DNA of 35,216 bases from an uncultured Anaerolineales bacterium (GCA_964568065.1 CAZMOT010000020.1:1-35216); one strand, 5' to 3'. Counted from the first letter of the stretch, positions 20,643 to 34,719 are shown. Notes: a model not told the origin generated them from the sequence alone. Made by a program: numbers and translations.

Positions 20643-21446
20643 TCACTCCCAAGTTTTCCACGGGGCACCTTCGCGCCAGAAGGCGTCCAACTCCAGCGCC
20701 TCTTTGAAGGTGTCCATCTTGCGCCAGAATCCAGTGTGATGGTACGTCATTAATTGCTCATCAGCCGCCAGACGGCACAGAGTCTCTCTTTCCAGATGGA
20801 CGTTGTCACCCCCGGCCAGGTAATCCAGTACCCCACGCTCGAAGACCATGAAGCCAGCGTTGATCCAGTGCTCCAGTTGCGGCTTTTGCTGATATTCAGT
20901 CACTTGCCCCGTCTCGTTTACCTGGAGGATGCCATACTGCGACCGTGGGCGTACGCTGGTCACAGTCGCCAGTCGACCGTGTTGCCGGTGGAAGGCCAGC
21001 AGCGCGCCTATGTCTACGTCGCCCACCCCGTCGCCGTAGGTGACGAAGAAAGTGTCGGTGTCAATGTACCGTGCGACGCGGTAGATGCGTGAGCCTTTCT
21101 CCGTGTGGAGCCCCGTGTAGGCCAAAGTGATCTCCCAGTTCTCCTCTGGCTTGGACCGATGATAGGAGATACCGTCCGACTCACCCAGGCGAACGGTAAA
21201 GTCACAGTTCATAGGCCCGTATTCGAGAAAGTGTCGCTTGAGCGCTTCGGCCCGGTGACCCAGCGTGAGAATGAAGCGCGTGTGGCCGTAGGTGGCGTAG
21301 ATCTTCATCACGTGCCACAGGATGGGACGTCCACCGACCTCGACCAGTTCTTTCTTGGTGGGCGTAGCGTCCTGCATGCGGGTGCCCTGTCCTCCGCAGA
21401 GGATGACGACGGGGAGGGAAGGGGTTTTAGGTTGAGTAGTTTCAGG
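20643..21446 (-). CDS. rfbF: Glucose-1-phosphate cytidylyltransferase (RfbF/DdhA-like)
   Basis: VVILCGGQGTRM...FFVTYGDGV...GFWRKMDTFKE. The ORF runs to 21521, but the domain begins near a TTG with a GGAGG RBS at about 21446. Confidence 0.7.
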   Translation of the reverse strand, partial: PETTQPKTPSLPVVILCGGQGTRMQDATPTKKELVEVGGRPILWHVMKIYATYGHTRFILTLGHRAEALKRHFLEYGPMNCDFTVRLGESDGISYHRSKPEENWEITLAYTGLHTEKGSRIYRVARYIDTDTFFVTYGDGVGDVDIGALLAFHRQHGRLATVTSVRPRSQYGILQVNETGQVTEYQQKPQLEHWINAGFMVFERGVLDYLAGGDNVHLERETLCRLAADEQLMTYHHTGFWRKMDTFKEALELDAFWREGAPWKTWE

Positions 21447-21517
21447 GCTCAAGAGGAGCCTCCATGACTTGCTGCAGACTCGCCACGAACGGCGGACAGG
21501 CGATGCCGTTCTGTGCC

Positions 21518-21772
21518 TCACACAGCGGCAAGGTCCAGTGCAATCTGGCGTACGGGGATCCAGTGTGCTACCTTCTCACGCTGAGCATGCTCAAATGCCA
21601 GAATGTCGTCCACCAAGTCACTGACATACTCAGCGACAGGTGCCTTAATCCGGGCTTCCCCGCATTCGCATATCAGCGCTGGGATGTGACTCACGCTGAT
21701 GGCCAGGGCGTCTTCGTGGAATGTCAGTGTTGTGGTTCCTTCTTTCAACTCTCTGTCGCATACATGACACAT
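21518..21772 (-). CDS. YgiT-type zinc-finger protein (putative antitoxin), intact
   Basis: MCHVCDRELKEGTTTLTFHEDALAISVSHIPALICECGEARI... carries two CxxC pairs, 84 aa. The stop overlaps the rfbF ORF. Confidence 0.6.
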   Translation of the reverse strand: MCHVCDRELKEGTTTLTFHEDALAISVSHIPALICECGEARIKAPVAEYVSDLVDDILAFEHAQREKVAHWIPVRQIALDLAAV

Positions 21773-21785
21773 AGCTATTTTTCAT

Positions 21786-22120
21786 CACTTTTCCTTCCGC
21801 AGGCGATCGCGGATCCACCTGGTTTTGTTTGGCACATAAACGGTCACAACTACCAGGTCCTCGCATCTATCTTTAAGTCAATCACGGTACTCGCACGTTA
21901 CGCGGACAGGAATATTCCCTTTGATATAGCCAAGAACCAGACAACGGTATCGTTCAGGGTATTTCTCAATGATCTTCCCCGTTAGAAGCACTTGCCTGAC
22001 GTCACGAGGTATTATTCCCTCCTTGCGCCCCTCAACGATGGCGTGGCCGACGAAAGAGAACTCATTCTATCTGACTTTGGCCTGTATGGTTTCGATGTTA
22101 ATCTTTTGAGAAGTTGTCAT
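21786..22120 (-). pseudogene. DUF4258-family toxin with in-frame TAG and TGA, in a lower-GC patch
   Basis: MTTSQKINIETIQAKVR-TAG-NEFSFVGHAIVEGRKEGIIPRDVRQVLLTGKIIEKYPERYRCLVLGYIKGNIPVRVTCEYRD-TGA-LKDRCEDLVVVTVYVPNKTRWIRDRLRKEK, all one frame. It ends 13 nt before the YgiT-2 ATG. Confidence 0.55.
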
Positions 22121-22341
22121 GCCCCTGCAGGGCACCACGAATCACGAAAACACAAGACGGACTCCCGAACTTGTTCGGGGCTGCCCTCAACAAGTTGAGG
22201 ACTCCGTATCTTCCACTCAGTCTATTTTCGAAGCAGACACCATGATCCTTGGCTCACCTCCAAGGATGAAAATAGTATCAAGTTACGCTCCCGCCGGATG
22301 ATAATCCGGCGGTGCGGGGGAGGTTATTTTCGGAGTAGACT

Positions 22342-23385
22342 TCAAGTGGGCTCCCCTGTTACCTGTCTCAGGCTCACCCCGAATGGCGGATAGGCGATAC
22401 CGTTTTCGGTCACAATACCGGTGACGTAGCGGTGTGGCGTCACGTCGAAGGCCGGGTTCACCACGCGCACTCCCTCCGGCGCGATGGGCCGACCCTGGTA
22501 GGTGATCCCGGTGATCTCCTCAGTCGGCCGTTCCTCAATTGGGATGTCGTCCCCGGTGGACAGCGAGAGATCAATTGTGGAGATAGGCACGCATGGATAG
22601 AAGGGGATACCGTTGGCCTGCGCTACGACTGCCAGTTTGTAGGTGCCGATCTTATTGGCCACGTCACCGTTGGCTGCCACCCGGTCGGCTCCCACCAGCA
22701 CGATGTTCACCTGACCGGTGCGCATGAAATGACCGGCTGCGTTGTCGGCGATGAGCGTGAAAGGGATGTCTAGTTGCTGCAACTCCCAGGCGGTAAGTCG
22801 GGCCCCCTGGAGGCGCGGTCGCGTCTCGTCCACCAACACGTGAATCCGTTTGCCCTGCTCGTGCGCGGTGCGGATGACTCCCAGAGCAGTGCCGTAGTCC
22901 ACCGTCGCCAGCCCACCTGTGTTGCAATGATGCAGGATCGTGTCGCCGTCCTGGATGAGCGCCGCGCCGTGCTCTCCCAGCCGCCTGTTGATTTCAACGT
23001 CCTCATCGGCCAACGTTTGGGCTTCGGCCAGCAGCGCGTCTGGGATGGCGGAGGGATCGGGTTCGGCCTCGGCCCGTTGCAGCAAGCGTGTCACAGCCCA
23101 GGAAAGGTTGACCGCCGTGGGCCGGGCGGCGAGGAGGACCTCGCCCGCCGCTCGCAGATCGGTCAGTAGGCTGTTCCGGTCCTGTGCACAGGCGCCCCGC
23201 GCGGCCAGCGCCATCCCGAAGGCCGCCGCCGCACCGATCGCCGGCGCGCCTCGGATGACCATCGTGCGGATGGCCTGGGCTACCTCGCGGTAGTCTTCAT
23301 ACTCAACCAAGCGGAACTCGGCCGGCAGGAGCCGCTGATCAATCATCCGTACCTTGCCGTCGTGCCACTCTACACTGCGCATCAC
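22342..23385 (-). CDS. mtnA: S-methyl-5-thioribose-1-phosphate isomerase (eIF-2B alpha/beta/delta family)
   Basis: 347 aa with ...[14 protein letters not shown]...[26 protein letters not shown]...[20 protein letters not shown]. Confidence 0.85.
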   Translation of the reverse strand: MMRSVEWHDGKVRMIDQRLLPAEFRLVEYEDYREVAQAIRTMVIRGAPAIGAAAAFGMALAARGACAQDRNSLLTDLRAAGEVLLAARPTAVNLSWAVTRLLQRAEAEPDPSAIPDALLAEAQTLADEDVEINRRLGEHGAALIQDGDTILHHCNTGGLATVDYGTALGVIRTAHEQGKRIHVLVDETRPRLQGARLTAWELQQLDIPFTLIADNAAGHFMRTGQVNIVLVGADRVAANGDVANKIGTYKLAVVAQANGIPFYPCVPISTIDLSLSTGDDIPIEERPTEEITGITYQGRPIAPEGVRVVNPAFDVTPHRYVTGIVTENGIAYPPFGVSLRQVTGEPT

Positions 23386-23502
23386 AGACTCGGTTCCTTA
23401 TGCGTCATTACGATACAGAGTGCTATGGTAACATGGGCGAACTGCTTTGTCAAACACGCTTTGCGGATTGTGTGCCACTGTGGGCCATGGCACCAATGAC
23501 AA

Positions 23503-23532
23503 CGCGGCAGAGCCTCTAACGGCACTGCCGCG
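23503..23532 (-). terminator. Candidate terminator hairpin downstream of rpoC (8-bp GC stem CGCGGCAG/CTGCCGCG, 14-nt loop)
   Basis: Perfect inverted repeat. On the minus strand it is followed by TTGTCATTGG, a weak U-tract. Confidence 0.3.
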
Positions 23533-23703
23533 TATGTGACATCGCTTCTGCCAGGCTACACCGCGGTGACGGGCCTTAGGATCTGTTCAGAAATAACTTA
23601 ACTTTTTCCTGGAAATCCCTAGGGAAAAGCGGCCCAAACTACAGTTATTTTTGAACGACTTCTTAGTATCCTGGAAGTCTCAGTAGCGACTTCTGCCTCT
23701 GTT

Positions 23704-27954
<4,251 letters not shown>

Positions 27955-28067
27955 CGTCCTCCCCGCTGGGAAAGCTCCCCCCACAACAACATGTGCGAAA
28001 GAAGCGCCTGAGACTTCTTGTCCAGCGCTTCGTAGGGTTGTGACCTCATCTATCTATTGGTGAATGT

Positions 28068-28095
28068 ATTATAATAGCCTTTGTCCTTTTGTCAA
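28068..28095 (-). promoter_or_regulatory. Near-consensus sigma70-type promoter for rpoC: TTGACA-16 nt-TATAAT
   Basis: Minus-strand TTGACA at 28095-28090 and TATAAT at 28073-28068, ~110 nt upstream of the rpoC ATG. Confidence 0.5.
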
Positions 28096-28251
28096 GTAGG
28101 AAACCCTGGATACTCACAGGTTCTGTAGGAACTTGCGCAGAACCGCTGATCTGGTATGATGGGGAGTGTATGGAACGCGGGGGCTGGAGGAGGGAACACG
28201 TAGAGTTCCTAACTCCTATAACAAGAATAGTTCGATCTATGGGGGTGGTAC

Positions 28252-29230
28252 TATGTTGACAGATAAACTGGCGCGAGTGTCGATTGCCCACTTACCCACC
28301 TTTCTGGAGCCACTCACTCGCCTCACGGCGCATCTGGGCGGGCCAGAGTTATGGATCAAGCGGGACGATCAGACAGGATTGGCGACTGGGGGCAACAAGA
28401 CCCGCAAGTTAGAATATCTGGTGGCCGACGCACTGGCGCAAGAGGCCGATACGCTCGTCACCGCCGGTGCGGCACAGTCCAACCATGCCCGCCAGACGGC
28501 GGCGGCCGCGGCCAAGTTCGGCCTGGCCTGCACGCTGGCGCTGCGAGGAAAGGAGCCGACACAAGTGCGAGGCAATCTGCTGCTGGATCGGCTGTTGGGG
28601 GCGGAGGTGGTCTGGGCGGAGGACCAGCCGCTGCCCAATGTGATGGGCCAGGTGGCCGAGGAGTTGCAGGCAGCAGGCCATCGTCCCTACGTCATCCCCT
28701 ATGGCGGGAGCAACCCCGTCGGGGCCAGCGGCTACGTGGCAGCGATGGAAGAGTTACTGGCGCAGTGCGCGGAGCGGGACCTGCATTTCGACCATGTCGT
28801 GCTGCCCTCCTCCAGTGGCGGTACCCAGGCAGGGCTGGCGGTGGGAGCGCGGGTGTTGGGGTTCGAAGGGCACATCCTGGGCATCAGCATAGACCTACAA
28901 GCCGATGCCCTCCGGTACCGGTTGGGCGATCTGGCGACGGCCACGGCAGGTCACCTGGAGTTGGAACTCACCTTTGCGCCAGAGGGCTTCAGCGTGGACG
29001 ATGGTTACCTGGGCGGCGGGTACGGTGTGGTGGGAGACCTGGAGCGGGAGGCGATCCGCACTGTGGCCAGCACCGAGGGGGTGCTGCTCGACCCCGTCTA
29101 CACCGGCCGGGCCTTCGGGGGCCTGCTGGATCTGATCCGCCGCAGTGCCTTCCAGCCCGACGAGCGGGTGCTCTTTTGGCACACCGGTGGGACGGCGGGA
29201 TTGTTTGCGTATGGGGGCGAGCTGATCTGA
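28252..29230 (+). CDS. PLP-dependent enzyme of the ACC deaminase / D-cysteine desulfhydrase family
   Basis: GGNKTRKLEYLVADAL carries the PLP lysine; the protein shows fold-type-II TrpB-like organisation. Start chosen at 28252 (MLTDKLARV, preceded by GGGGGTGG). Confidence 0.75.
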
Positions 29231-29472
29231 CCAATGGCATGTTCAGCAACCGCGCTTGCGCTTGGGATAAATCTGTGATATTCTTTGAGTCAACAGTACG
29301 TGAGACTGGATGGCCCAAGTGGGCGGGGTAATGGAGCATGCCTGAATGTATCGTCTGCAAAGGGTACTACGAGGCAGGGCAATGCTGTAAACTCGACTTT
29401 GTCCATTTGTATTCGACCCCCATATCTGGGTTTAAATTGTGCTGCGCGCCTATATGTAGGGGGGCAATATTG

Positions 29473-29530
29473 CTAAAAAGGCTCAAAATCGGCTAAAATC
29501 AGTGAAAATTGGCCCAAAAACGCCAAAATG
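29473..29530. promoter_or_regulatory. Six phased A-tracts (CAAAAT-like, ~10-11-bp period), predicted intrinsically curved DNA
   Basis: ctAAAAAg gctcAAAAtc ggctAAAAtc agtgAAAAtt ggcccAAAAAcg ccAAAAtgg, read directly. Confidence 0.5.
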
Positions 29531-30255
29531 GACAAAGTGGTGGTAAACGCTGTGGTTCTGACAACACCCCCTGGGATAACTGGCGGGCGACACATGTTGA
29601 GGAACAAGGGGGGATAGAGGGTCTGCTAGCGTTCTATGAGCCGCACTTCTATCTCCCTTTTCTCATCACCGCTCTTGCCCTAGCGTTCGGTCTGATGGGG
29701 ATGGTAGGGCTCTGGAAGGACATCACCTCTGCCGCTCGGTTACTGGCGGTGGCAGTCACGGTATGTCTGTGCCTCGTCGCTGCAGTTGCGGGGCACAGCG
29801 CACGCCACGAGATACGAGAGCAGGAACTGCTGAATCGAGTGCGGCGGGGATACGGCACATTGCTGAGCGATATTCGGTTGAGGGCAATCGTGGTGCCTGC
29901 GTTCTTTCTACTTCTGGTGTCGCTGGTCACGTACAACATGATCACGTCGGATACGGTGTGGAAGCTGGCGCGGTTGTTCCTTCTGGATCCGGCGTATCTG
30001 GAGCAGGTGGAGCGGGAAGAAACAATAAGTGACACGACTCCCGAGGATGAACAATCGGATGAAGCGGATGGCTTGCGCAAGAGAATCATACAGGTCCTCC
30101 CCTTCGCATTGATGGGTATCTACATCACTTTCATGATCTCTATTACCTATTCGGCATCGCTTCTGCTGGCCCTGTCCTACGCGAAAAAAATGAACGCGGC
30201 ACTGCCGCAGCCAATTTTCCTGCGGGAAGACTTGCTGAAAGATCGTGCGGCGTGA
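29509..30255 (+). CDS. Hypothetical polytopic membrane protein (start uncertain; the TTG at 29509 lies inside the A-tract region)
   Basis: Four or more hydrophobic helices plus an acidic stretch (TTPEDEQSDEADG). No recognisable family. Confidence 0.4.
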   Translation: MAQKRQNGQSGGKRCGSDNTPWDNWRATHVEEQGGIEGLLAFYEPHFYLPFLITALALAFGLMGMVGLWKDITSAARLLAVAVTVCLCLVAAVAGHSARHEIREQELLNRVRRGYGTLLSDIRLRAIVVPAFFLLLVSLVTYNMITSDTVWKLARLFLLDPAYLEQVEREETISDTTPEDEQSDEADGLRKRIIQVLPFALMGIYITFMISITYSASLLLALSYAKKMNAALPQPIFLREDLLKDRAA

Positions 30256-30544
30256 GGCGGAGCGCACTGTGTGCAAACCTATCACGCCAATAGTGATCGG
30301 CGGCAAGGAGACACCGACCGGGACGGAACAAGAACCAAGAAGTTGGACGTGGGACGAGATGGAGCGAACGGTTGACGGCGGGATCAGGCTCAAGGCGATC
30401 GTAAGAGCAGGCAGCAAGACGGAGGAAAGTCTGACAGGCAGGCGGACAGAGTACCCTATCTACATCACCTACGTGGTGGAAGCGGATCCCTGGAGCCGAA
30501 TCACCAAGGTGGTGCGCATGAAAGAGCCGGAGGAGGAAAAGTAG
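30245..30544 (+). CDS. Small hypothetical protein (99 aa)
   Basis: ORF only; no recognisable motifs. Confidence 0.2.
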   Translation: MRREAERTVCKPITPIVIGGKETPTGTEQEPRSWTWDEMERTVDGGIRLKAIVRAGSKTEESLTGRRTEYPIYITYVVEADPWSRITKVVRMKEPEEEK

Positions 30545-30741
30545 GGACCGTGCAACGATTCCAGTCCCCAGAATAGCGCTCTCCTGCCTACATGGTTCCT
30601 TAGTCCAAAGTCGTATTATGAACGCAGCACAGAGTCCACGGGAACAACCCGCTATATGCCAGAAGAGAAAATCTGGTGGGATAGCAGACAAGCCGATCGG
30701 ACTACAATTCGCACTCACGCGTCAGCGCACGGAGATAGAAT

Positions 30742-32280
30742 ATGCTACCACTATCACCTGAGTTTACTCCGCTCATAGCCGCTGCAACAGAGATCATCGC
30801 GTTGGGCCTATTTGTCGGTGTAGCGGCCGTGGTCTTGGGGCGCCTTGTGGACGAAATTGTCAGCGAACTCCTCATGGTAATATCTCTCCTTATGGTAATC
30901 TGCGTGATGGGTTACATGCTTCTTGGGCTTGTGGGGCTTCTCTTGCCGGCTCCTGATCTGGCCACACGAGCTGCCAAGGCCCAGGGATGGGCAACTGCCG
31001 GTCTCGTGATAGCCGCCATTGCTGTGGCCGGCCTGGAAGCTCTTACCGGCAGAGATCTGGGCAGCAGTGAGCCAGGTAAACGGCGAGGAACCATTTTCTT
31101 TCCAGGATTGTGGATTGGGTTCTGTCTCGCCAGTTGGATCGGTCACACTGCCGGTGGTTTAGTGGGACTGCTGACCATCACAGTCCCCGCCGTGATGATT
31201 TTCTGCCTCTGCTTGCACTATTTTGCGCGTTTTATCCTCCCGCTTGATGAGGATCAGCCAGTATCGCTGGCATTTCGCTGTCTGCTGAGCTTCTCCACAG
31301 GCGCCAACTACCCCTTCTACGTCCTGGAGGGCCGGGAAAAAGTGGAACGTGTGCCGGGCAGCCAGTTCGGTCAGTTCTTCGCCGGCCCCGGGATTTTTCT
31401 CACCGGGCCAGATCACGTCGTGGTAGCGTCGACTGGGTTAAAGTTCACGGGGGTGCGCGGTCCAGGAGTGGTCTTCACCCAACGCTATGAAGTCATCCAG
31501 GAGCCTGTGGACCTGCGGCCCCAGCAGCGGGCGTATACGGTCGAGGCGACTACCAAGGATGGCATCCCCGTCAAGTTCAACACGTTCGGCCCGTTTCAGC
31601 TCGACGCAGGGGAACAACAACCCGAGCTGGGGAAACCCTTCCCATTTCGTGCCAGTTCCATCTTCAAGGCCTTCCACGCGCAGCCCGTGGACATCATACG
31701 CGACGAGCGTGATGGAGCAGTCGTCGAGGAGCGCACGCGGCGCGGGTGGGACGAACTGTACGAGATGATCGGCACCCACGTGATGCAAGACGTCATCGCT
31801 GAGTGCAAGTTCGACGAGCTTTGTGAGCCTCTTGACCTGGATAAAGACCCCCGGGTGGAAATTGTTGAAAAGTACCGGACTCGAATGAGACAGGAACTAG
31901 CCCAATACGGCATCAAGATTCCCGGAGGAGGCATCAGCAACCTGCTGCCGGCCGACGATGCGGTGTTCAATCGCCGGGTCCTGAACTGGCAGGCCCAATG
32001 GCAACGCAAGATGTTGGAACGACTCGGTGTAGCCGAGGCGGAGGCCGAAGGTATCATCGGGAAGGCACGCGCCGAAGTCCAGGCGGGGGTGATCCAGGAT
32101 ATCAGCGAGGCCATCGCGGAGGTTGCGAGCGGCGACAAAGAGCTCATCATGCACACGGTTACCCTACGTTTCATCGAGTCGCTCAACCAGATGGCTGAAC
32201 AGCCCCAACTTGGCGAGCATCTGCCTCCCAGCGTAGCTAGAATTATGGGTGCTCTACCGCGCATCATCGGTGAAGAGTAA
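30742..32280 (+). CDS. Polytopic membrane protein with SPFH/band-7-like domain and C-terminal coiled coil
   Basis: About five N-terminal TM helices, an SPFH-like core (VVVASTGLKFTGVRGPGVVFTQRYEVIQ...YTVEATTKDGIPVKFNTFGPFQL), and the coiled coil AQWQRKMLERLGVAEAEAEGIIGKARAEVQAG. Confidence 0.5.
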   Translation: MLPLSPEFTPLIAAATEIIALGLFVGVAAVVLGRLVDEIVSELLMVISLLMVICVMGYMLLGLVGLLLPAPDLATRAAKAQGWATAGLVIAAIAVAGLEALTGRDLGSSEPGKRRGTIFFPGLWIGFCLASWIGHTAGGLVGLLTITVPAVMIFCLCLHYFARFILPLDEDQPVSLAFRCLLSFSTGANYPFYVLEGREKVERVPGSQFGQFFAGPGIFLTGPDHVVVASTGLKFTGVRGPGVVFTQRYEVIQEPVDLRPQQRAYTVEATTKDGIPVKFNTFGPFQLDAGEQQPELGKPFPFRASSIFKAFHAQPVDIIRDERDGAVVEERTRRGWDELYEMIGTHVMQDVIAECKFDELCEPLDLDKDPRVEIVEKYRTRMRQELAQYGIKIPGGGISNLLPADDAVFNRRVLNWQAQWQRKMLERLGVAEAEAEGIIGKARAEVQAGVIQDISEAIAEVASGDKELIMHTVTLRFIESLNQMAEQPQLGEHLPPSVARIMGALPRIIGEE

Positions 32281-32295
32281 GAGTAGAAGACCAAG

Positions 32296-33600
32296 ATGGA
32301 TCCCAAAACGAGAATCATAAAGAGGCTCACATATCTAGGAAAGATGCTGCTGGCAGCGGCGGCATTCTTGACCCTGTTGCTCATTCTGGCGATCTTGACC
32401 GAGTTCTATGCAGAGTTCGATAGAGAGCGAACTTTGCTGGGCAATCTATCTCATCTGTTCGCCGTGCCAGGGGTTGGTTGGCGCCTGATTCGCGATACGT
32501 TGCCAGGCATACTCGCAGCCGGTGCAGCGCTCTTCCTGGCGTCCAATTTCATTGCGTCACTGTACGAGTTGAACAGTTGGCGTGAGGGGACCGAGCACAT
32601 CTTGCGTTGCACATTTGGGCAGTCTGCCTTCGCCCCCTTCATACGTGTGGAGGGTGGCAAAGTCGATGCCAAGGTCAGCGACGATGTACTGACGCGCATC
32701 GGCGGCCCAGGAAGCGCTTTGGTCTACAACGATAGTGCAGTCGTTCTGGAGCGGGGCGGGCGACTGACCCGCGTGCTGAGACCTGGTCAGTTCGGTTTCG
32801 GCTCGCTGCAGCCTTTCGAAAAGGTGTACGACGTCATTGACGTGCGCCCCATGCGCTGGGAATACGCGGTGAACGCACTAAGCAAAGAGGGTATACCGGT
32901 CACAGTGTACGCCGACGTCAAGTTCCAGATCGACACAGGTGGGCGCGAACCCACAGACACAACACCCTATCCCGCATTGGACGAGGCCATACTCAGAGCT
33001 TCCACCTGCCGGTGGATGCGCGACCCTGAGGGCAGCGAGGATGACCAGTACTTTGACTGGGCTCGGCGCGTGGTCATCAGTGAGACCGAGGGAAGCCTGC
33101 GCGGTATCATAGCACGCTACCCGCTTGATGCGCTGATCGGCCTGGATGACACCCCGGTATCTGCCACAGATTCACCGCGCAAGGACATCCAGGAAAAACT
33201 CACAGAGGCGCTGCAAAGTTCCGCTGCGAGCTTGGGTGCCCAAATCAATGAGGTACAGCTTGGTACGATCAAGGTGGAAGACAAAGTCACTGGACAATGG
33301 CTCGAAGCCTGGTGTAACGATTGGCAGGGTTGGGCTATGACCCAGGAGAAGAAAGGTGAGGCCAGACGCGAACAACTGCGGGAACGCGCCAAGGCCCAGG
33401 CGCAGGCGGAGATGATCATTGCTGTGGCAAAGGCATTCCAGGAGCCTGTTTCCAAAGATGTCCATCTGCCACCACGACTATTGTGTATGCGGCTCATTGA
33501 AATCTTGGGCCGCTCTGCGATCGAGCCAAATTTGCGCATCTACATGTCCAGAGATGCCATCAAAACACTCGAAGACTTGCGAAAGCTGGTCAGCCAATGA
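32296..33600 (+). CDS. Paralogous membrane protein with SPFH/band-7 domain
   Basis: N-terminal TM helices. AVVLERGGRLTRVLRPGQFGFGSLQPFEKVYDVIDVRPMRWEYAVNALSKEGIPVTVYADVKFQI, ...GAQINEVQLGTIKVEDKV and ...EARREQLRERAKAQAQAEMIIAVAKAF match the SPFH core and flotillin/HflC-like tail. Confidence 0.6.
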   Translation: MDPKTRIIKRLTYLGKMLLAAAAFLTLLLILAILTEFYAEFDRERTLLGNLSHLFAVPGVGWRLIRDTLPGILAAGAALFLASNFIASLYELNSWREGTEHILRCTFGQSAFAPFIRVEGGKVDAKVSDDVLTRIGGPGSALVYNDSAVVLERGGRLTRVLRPGQFGFGSLQPFEKVYDVIDVRPMRWEYAVNALSKEGIPVTVYADVKFQIDTGGREPTDTTPYPALDEAILRASTCRWMRDPEGSEDDQYFDWARRVVISETEGSLRGIIARYPLDALIGLDDTPVSATDSPRKDIQEKLTEALQSSAASLGAQINEVQLGTIKVEDKVTGQWLEAWCNDWQGWAMTQEKKGEARREQLRERAKAQAQAEMIIAVAKAFQEPVSKDVHLPPRLLCMRLIEILGRSAIEPNLRIYMSRDAIKTLEDLRKLVSQ

Positions 33601-33705
33601 TCCATTGGAGTCTACAGCGAGTCTTGTGACGATTGGATCCACGCGCAAGGCTATCATGCGGTCGGATACAGAGATGGCAAGCAGCAATCACGTAGGAGTA
33701 GAATA

Positions 33706-34719
33706 ATGGCTACGGTCCTACAAGTGCCCACAGATCTGATGCCCACGGCGTTGGTGTACCAGGACGACTTACCCGCAATTATCGGCGCTGTCATCCAGGA
33801 GTGCTCGGTCCATTGGCAGCACGGAGATGTGGATAAAGCGATCCGGTGCGCCGAACAGGCACAAGCACTCGCTACTAAGGCAGACTATCACCCTGTGATT
33901 ATGAGCGTCGCTTCGGTATGGCTGGCGGACCTGTACCGAGAGGCAAATCAGATGGGGCCAGCGCTGGCGTATTGCCAGAGAGCCCTGGATAACATCCGCT
34001 TACAGCCGAACTACAAGCACAGGCATCACGCCGAGGCCGTGATTCACTACCTGCAGGGCCTGCTCCACCATGCGTTGGGAGCCAACACGAAAGCAATGGC
34101 CGACTACCAGCAGGCTCTCACGTCTTTCGAAAAGGCCATTGAGCATTGGAACAGCAGCATTACCTGGAATGCGACGCGGGCTGGCAAATGCGAGAAGGCC
34201 ATCAAATGGATCAGCGCCCTGTATGGGTGCCTTACAGGCGGCCTTTCGCCAGTCAGCGGAGGATCGGAGATGCAAATCCCCGCGGCCAATGGGCAAGACT
34301 ACGAATTGGCTCGCCTGGAACTGGCGGCATACCTACGCCCGTCGGGGGTTATCATCAATGGTCAGAGCTACCGACTGCATCGTCCAGACAGCGGGACTGC
34401 CTTCAGCTCCAGTTTGGCGGTCCGGTGGAATGCGCATCACTTTGCGGTGCGTGTCCCGAAGGATCAGTGGGCCGGGGAACACAGTGCACAGGGAGATTAC
34501 ATCCTGGCGAAACGGGAGCGGAAAGCGGACAATCCGACGGGTGCTGGCGTGTTGTGGGACGATGGTCAACAACAGTGGAAGTACGGCACGCTCACCTACA
34601 ACGAAAACACAGGACGGCTCTGGTTTCGACCCTTCCACCTGATTGGCGGCGCGCCGCAAGACGCAGAGGTCGAGGATCAGGACATCGGCATCGTACGCGC
34701 GCTGCTGAAGCCGACGTAG
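33706..34719 (+). CDS. Hypothetical protein, N-terminal TPR-like helical repeats
   Basis: 337-aa ORF with moderate GC. Helical hairpins (AIRCAEQAQALATKADYH, ALAYCQRALDNI, ADYQQALTSFEKAIEHW). Confidence 0.4.
   Translation: MATVLQVPTDLMPTALVYQDDLPAIIGAVIQECSVHWQHGDVDKAIRCAEQAQALATKADYHPVIMSVASVWLADLYREANQMGPALAYCQRALDNIRLQPNYKHRHHAEAVIHYLQGLLHHALGANTKAMADYQQALTSFEKAIEHWNSSITWNATRAGKCEKAIKWISALYGCLTGGLSPVSGGSEMQIPAANGQDYELARLELAAYLRPSGVIINGQSYRLHRPDSGTAFSSSLAVRWNAHHFAVRVPKDQWAGEHSAQGDYILAKRERKADNPTGAGVLWDDGQQQWKYGTLTYNENTGRLWFRPFHLIGGAPQDAEVEDQDIGIVRALLKPT

Noticed and set aside
17876-22120. Possibility that in-frame TGA codons indicate a reassigned genetic code or selenocysteine
   Set aside because: TGA terminates neighbouring well-supported genes, for example the hydrolase at 443. 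An in-frame TAG also occurs in toxin-2, and no SECIS-like context is evident, so ordinary nonsense mutations are more parsimonious.
28060-28080. Use of the palindromic TATTATAATA also as the -10 element for the plus-strand PLP gene
   Set aside because: No acceptable -35 hexamer at 16-18-bp spacing on the plus strand, so it is reported only as the rpoC promoter.
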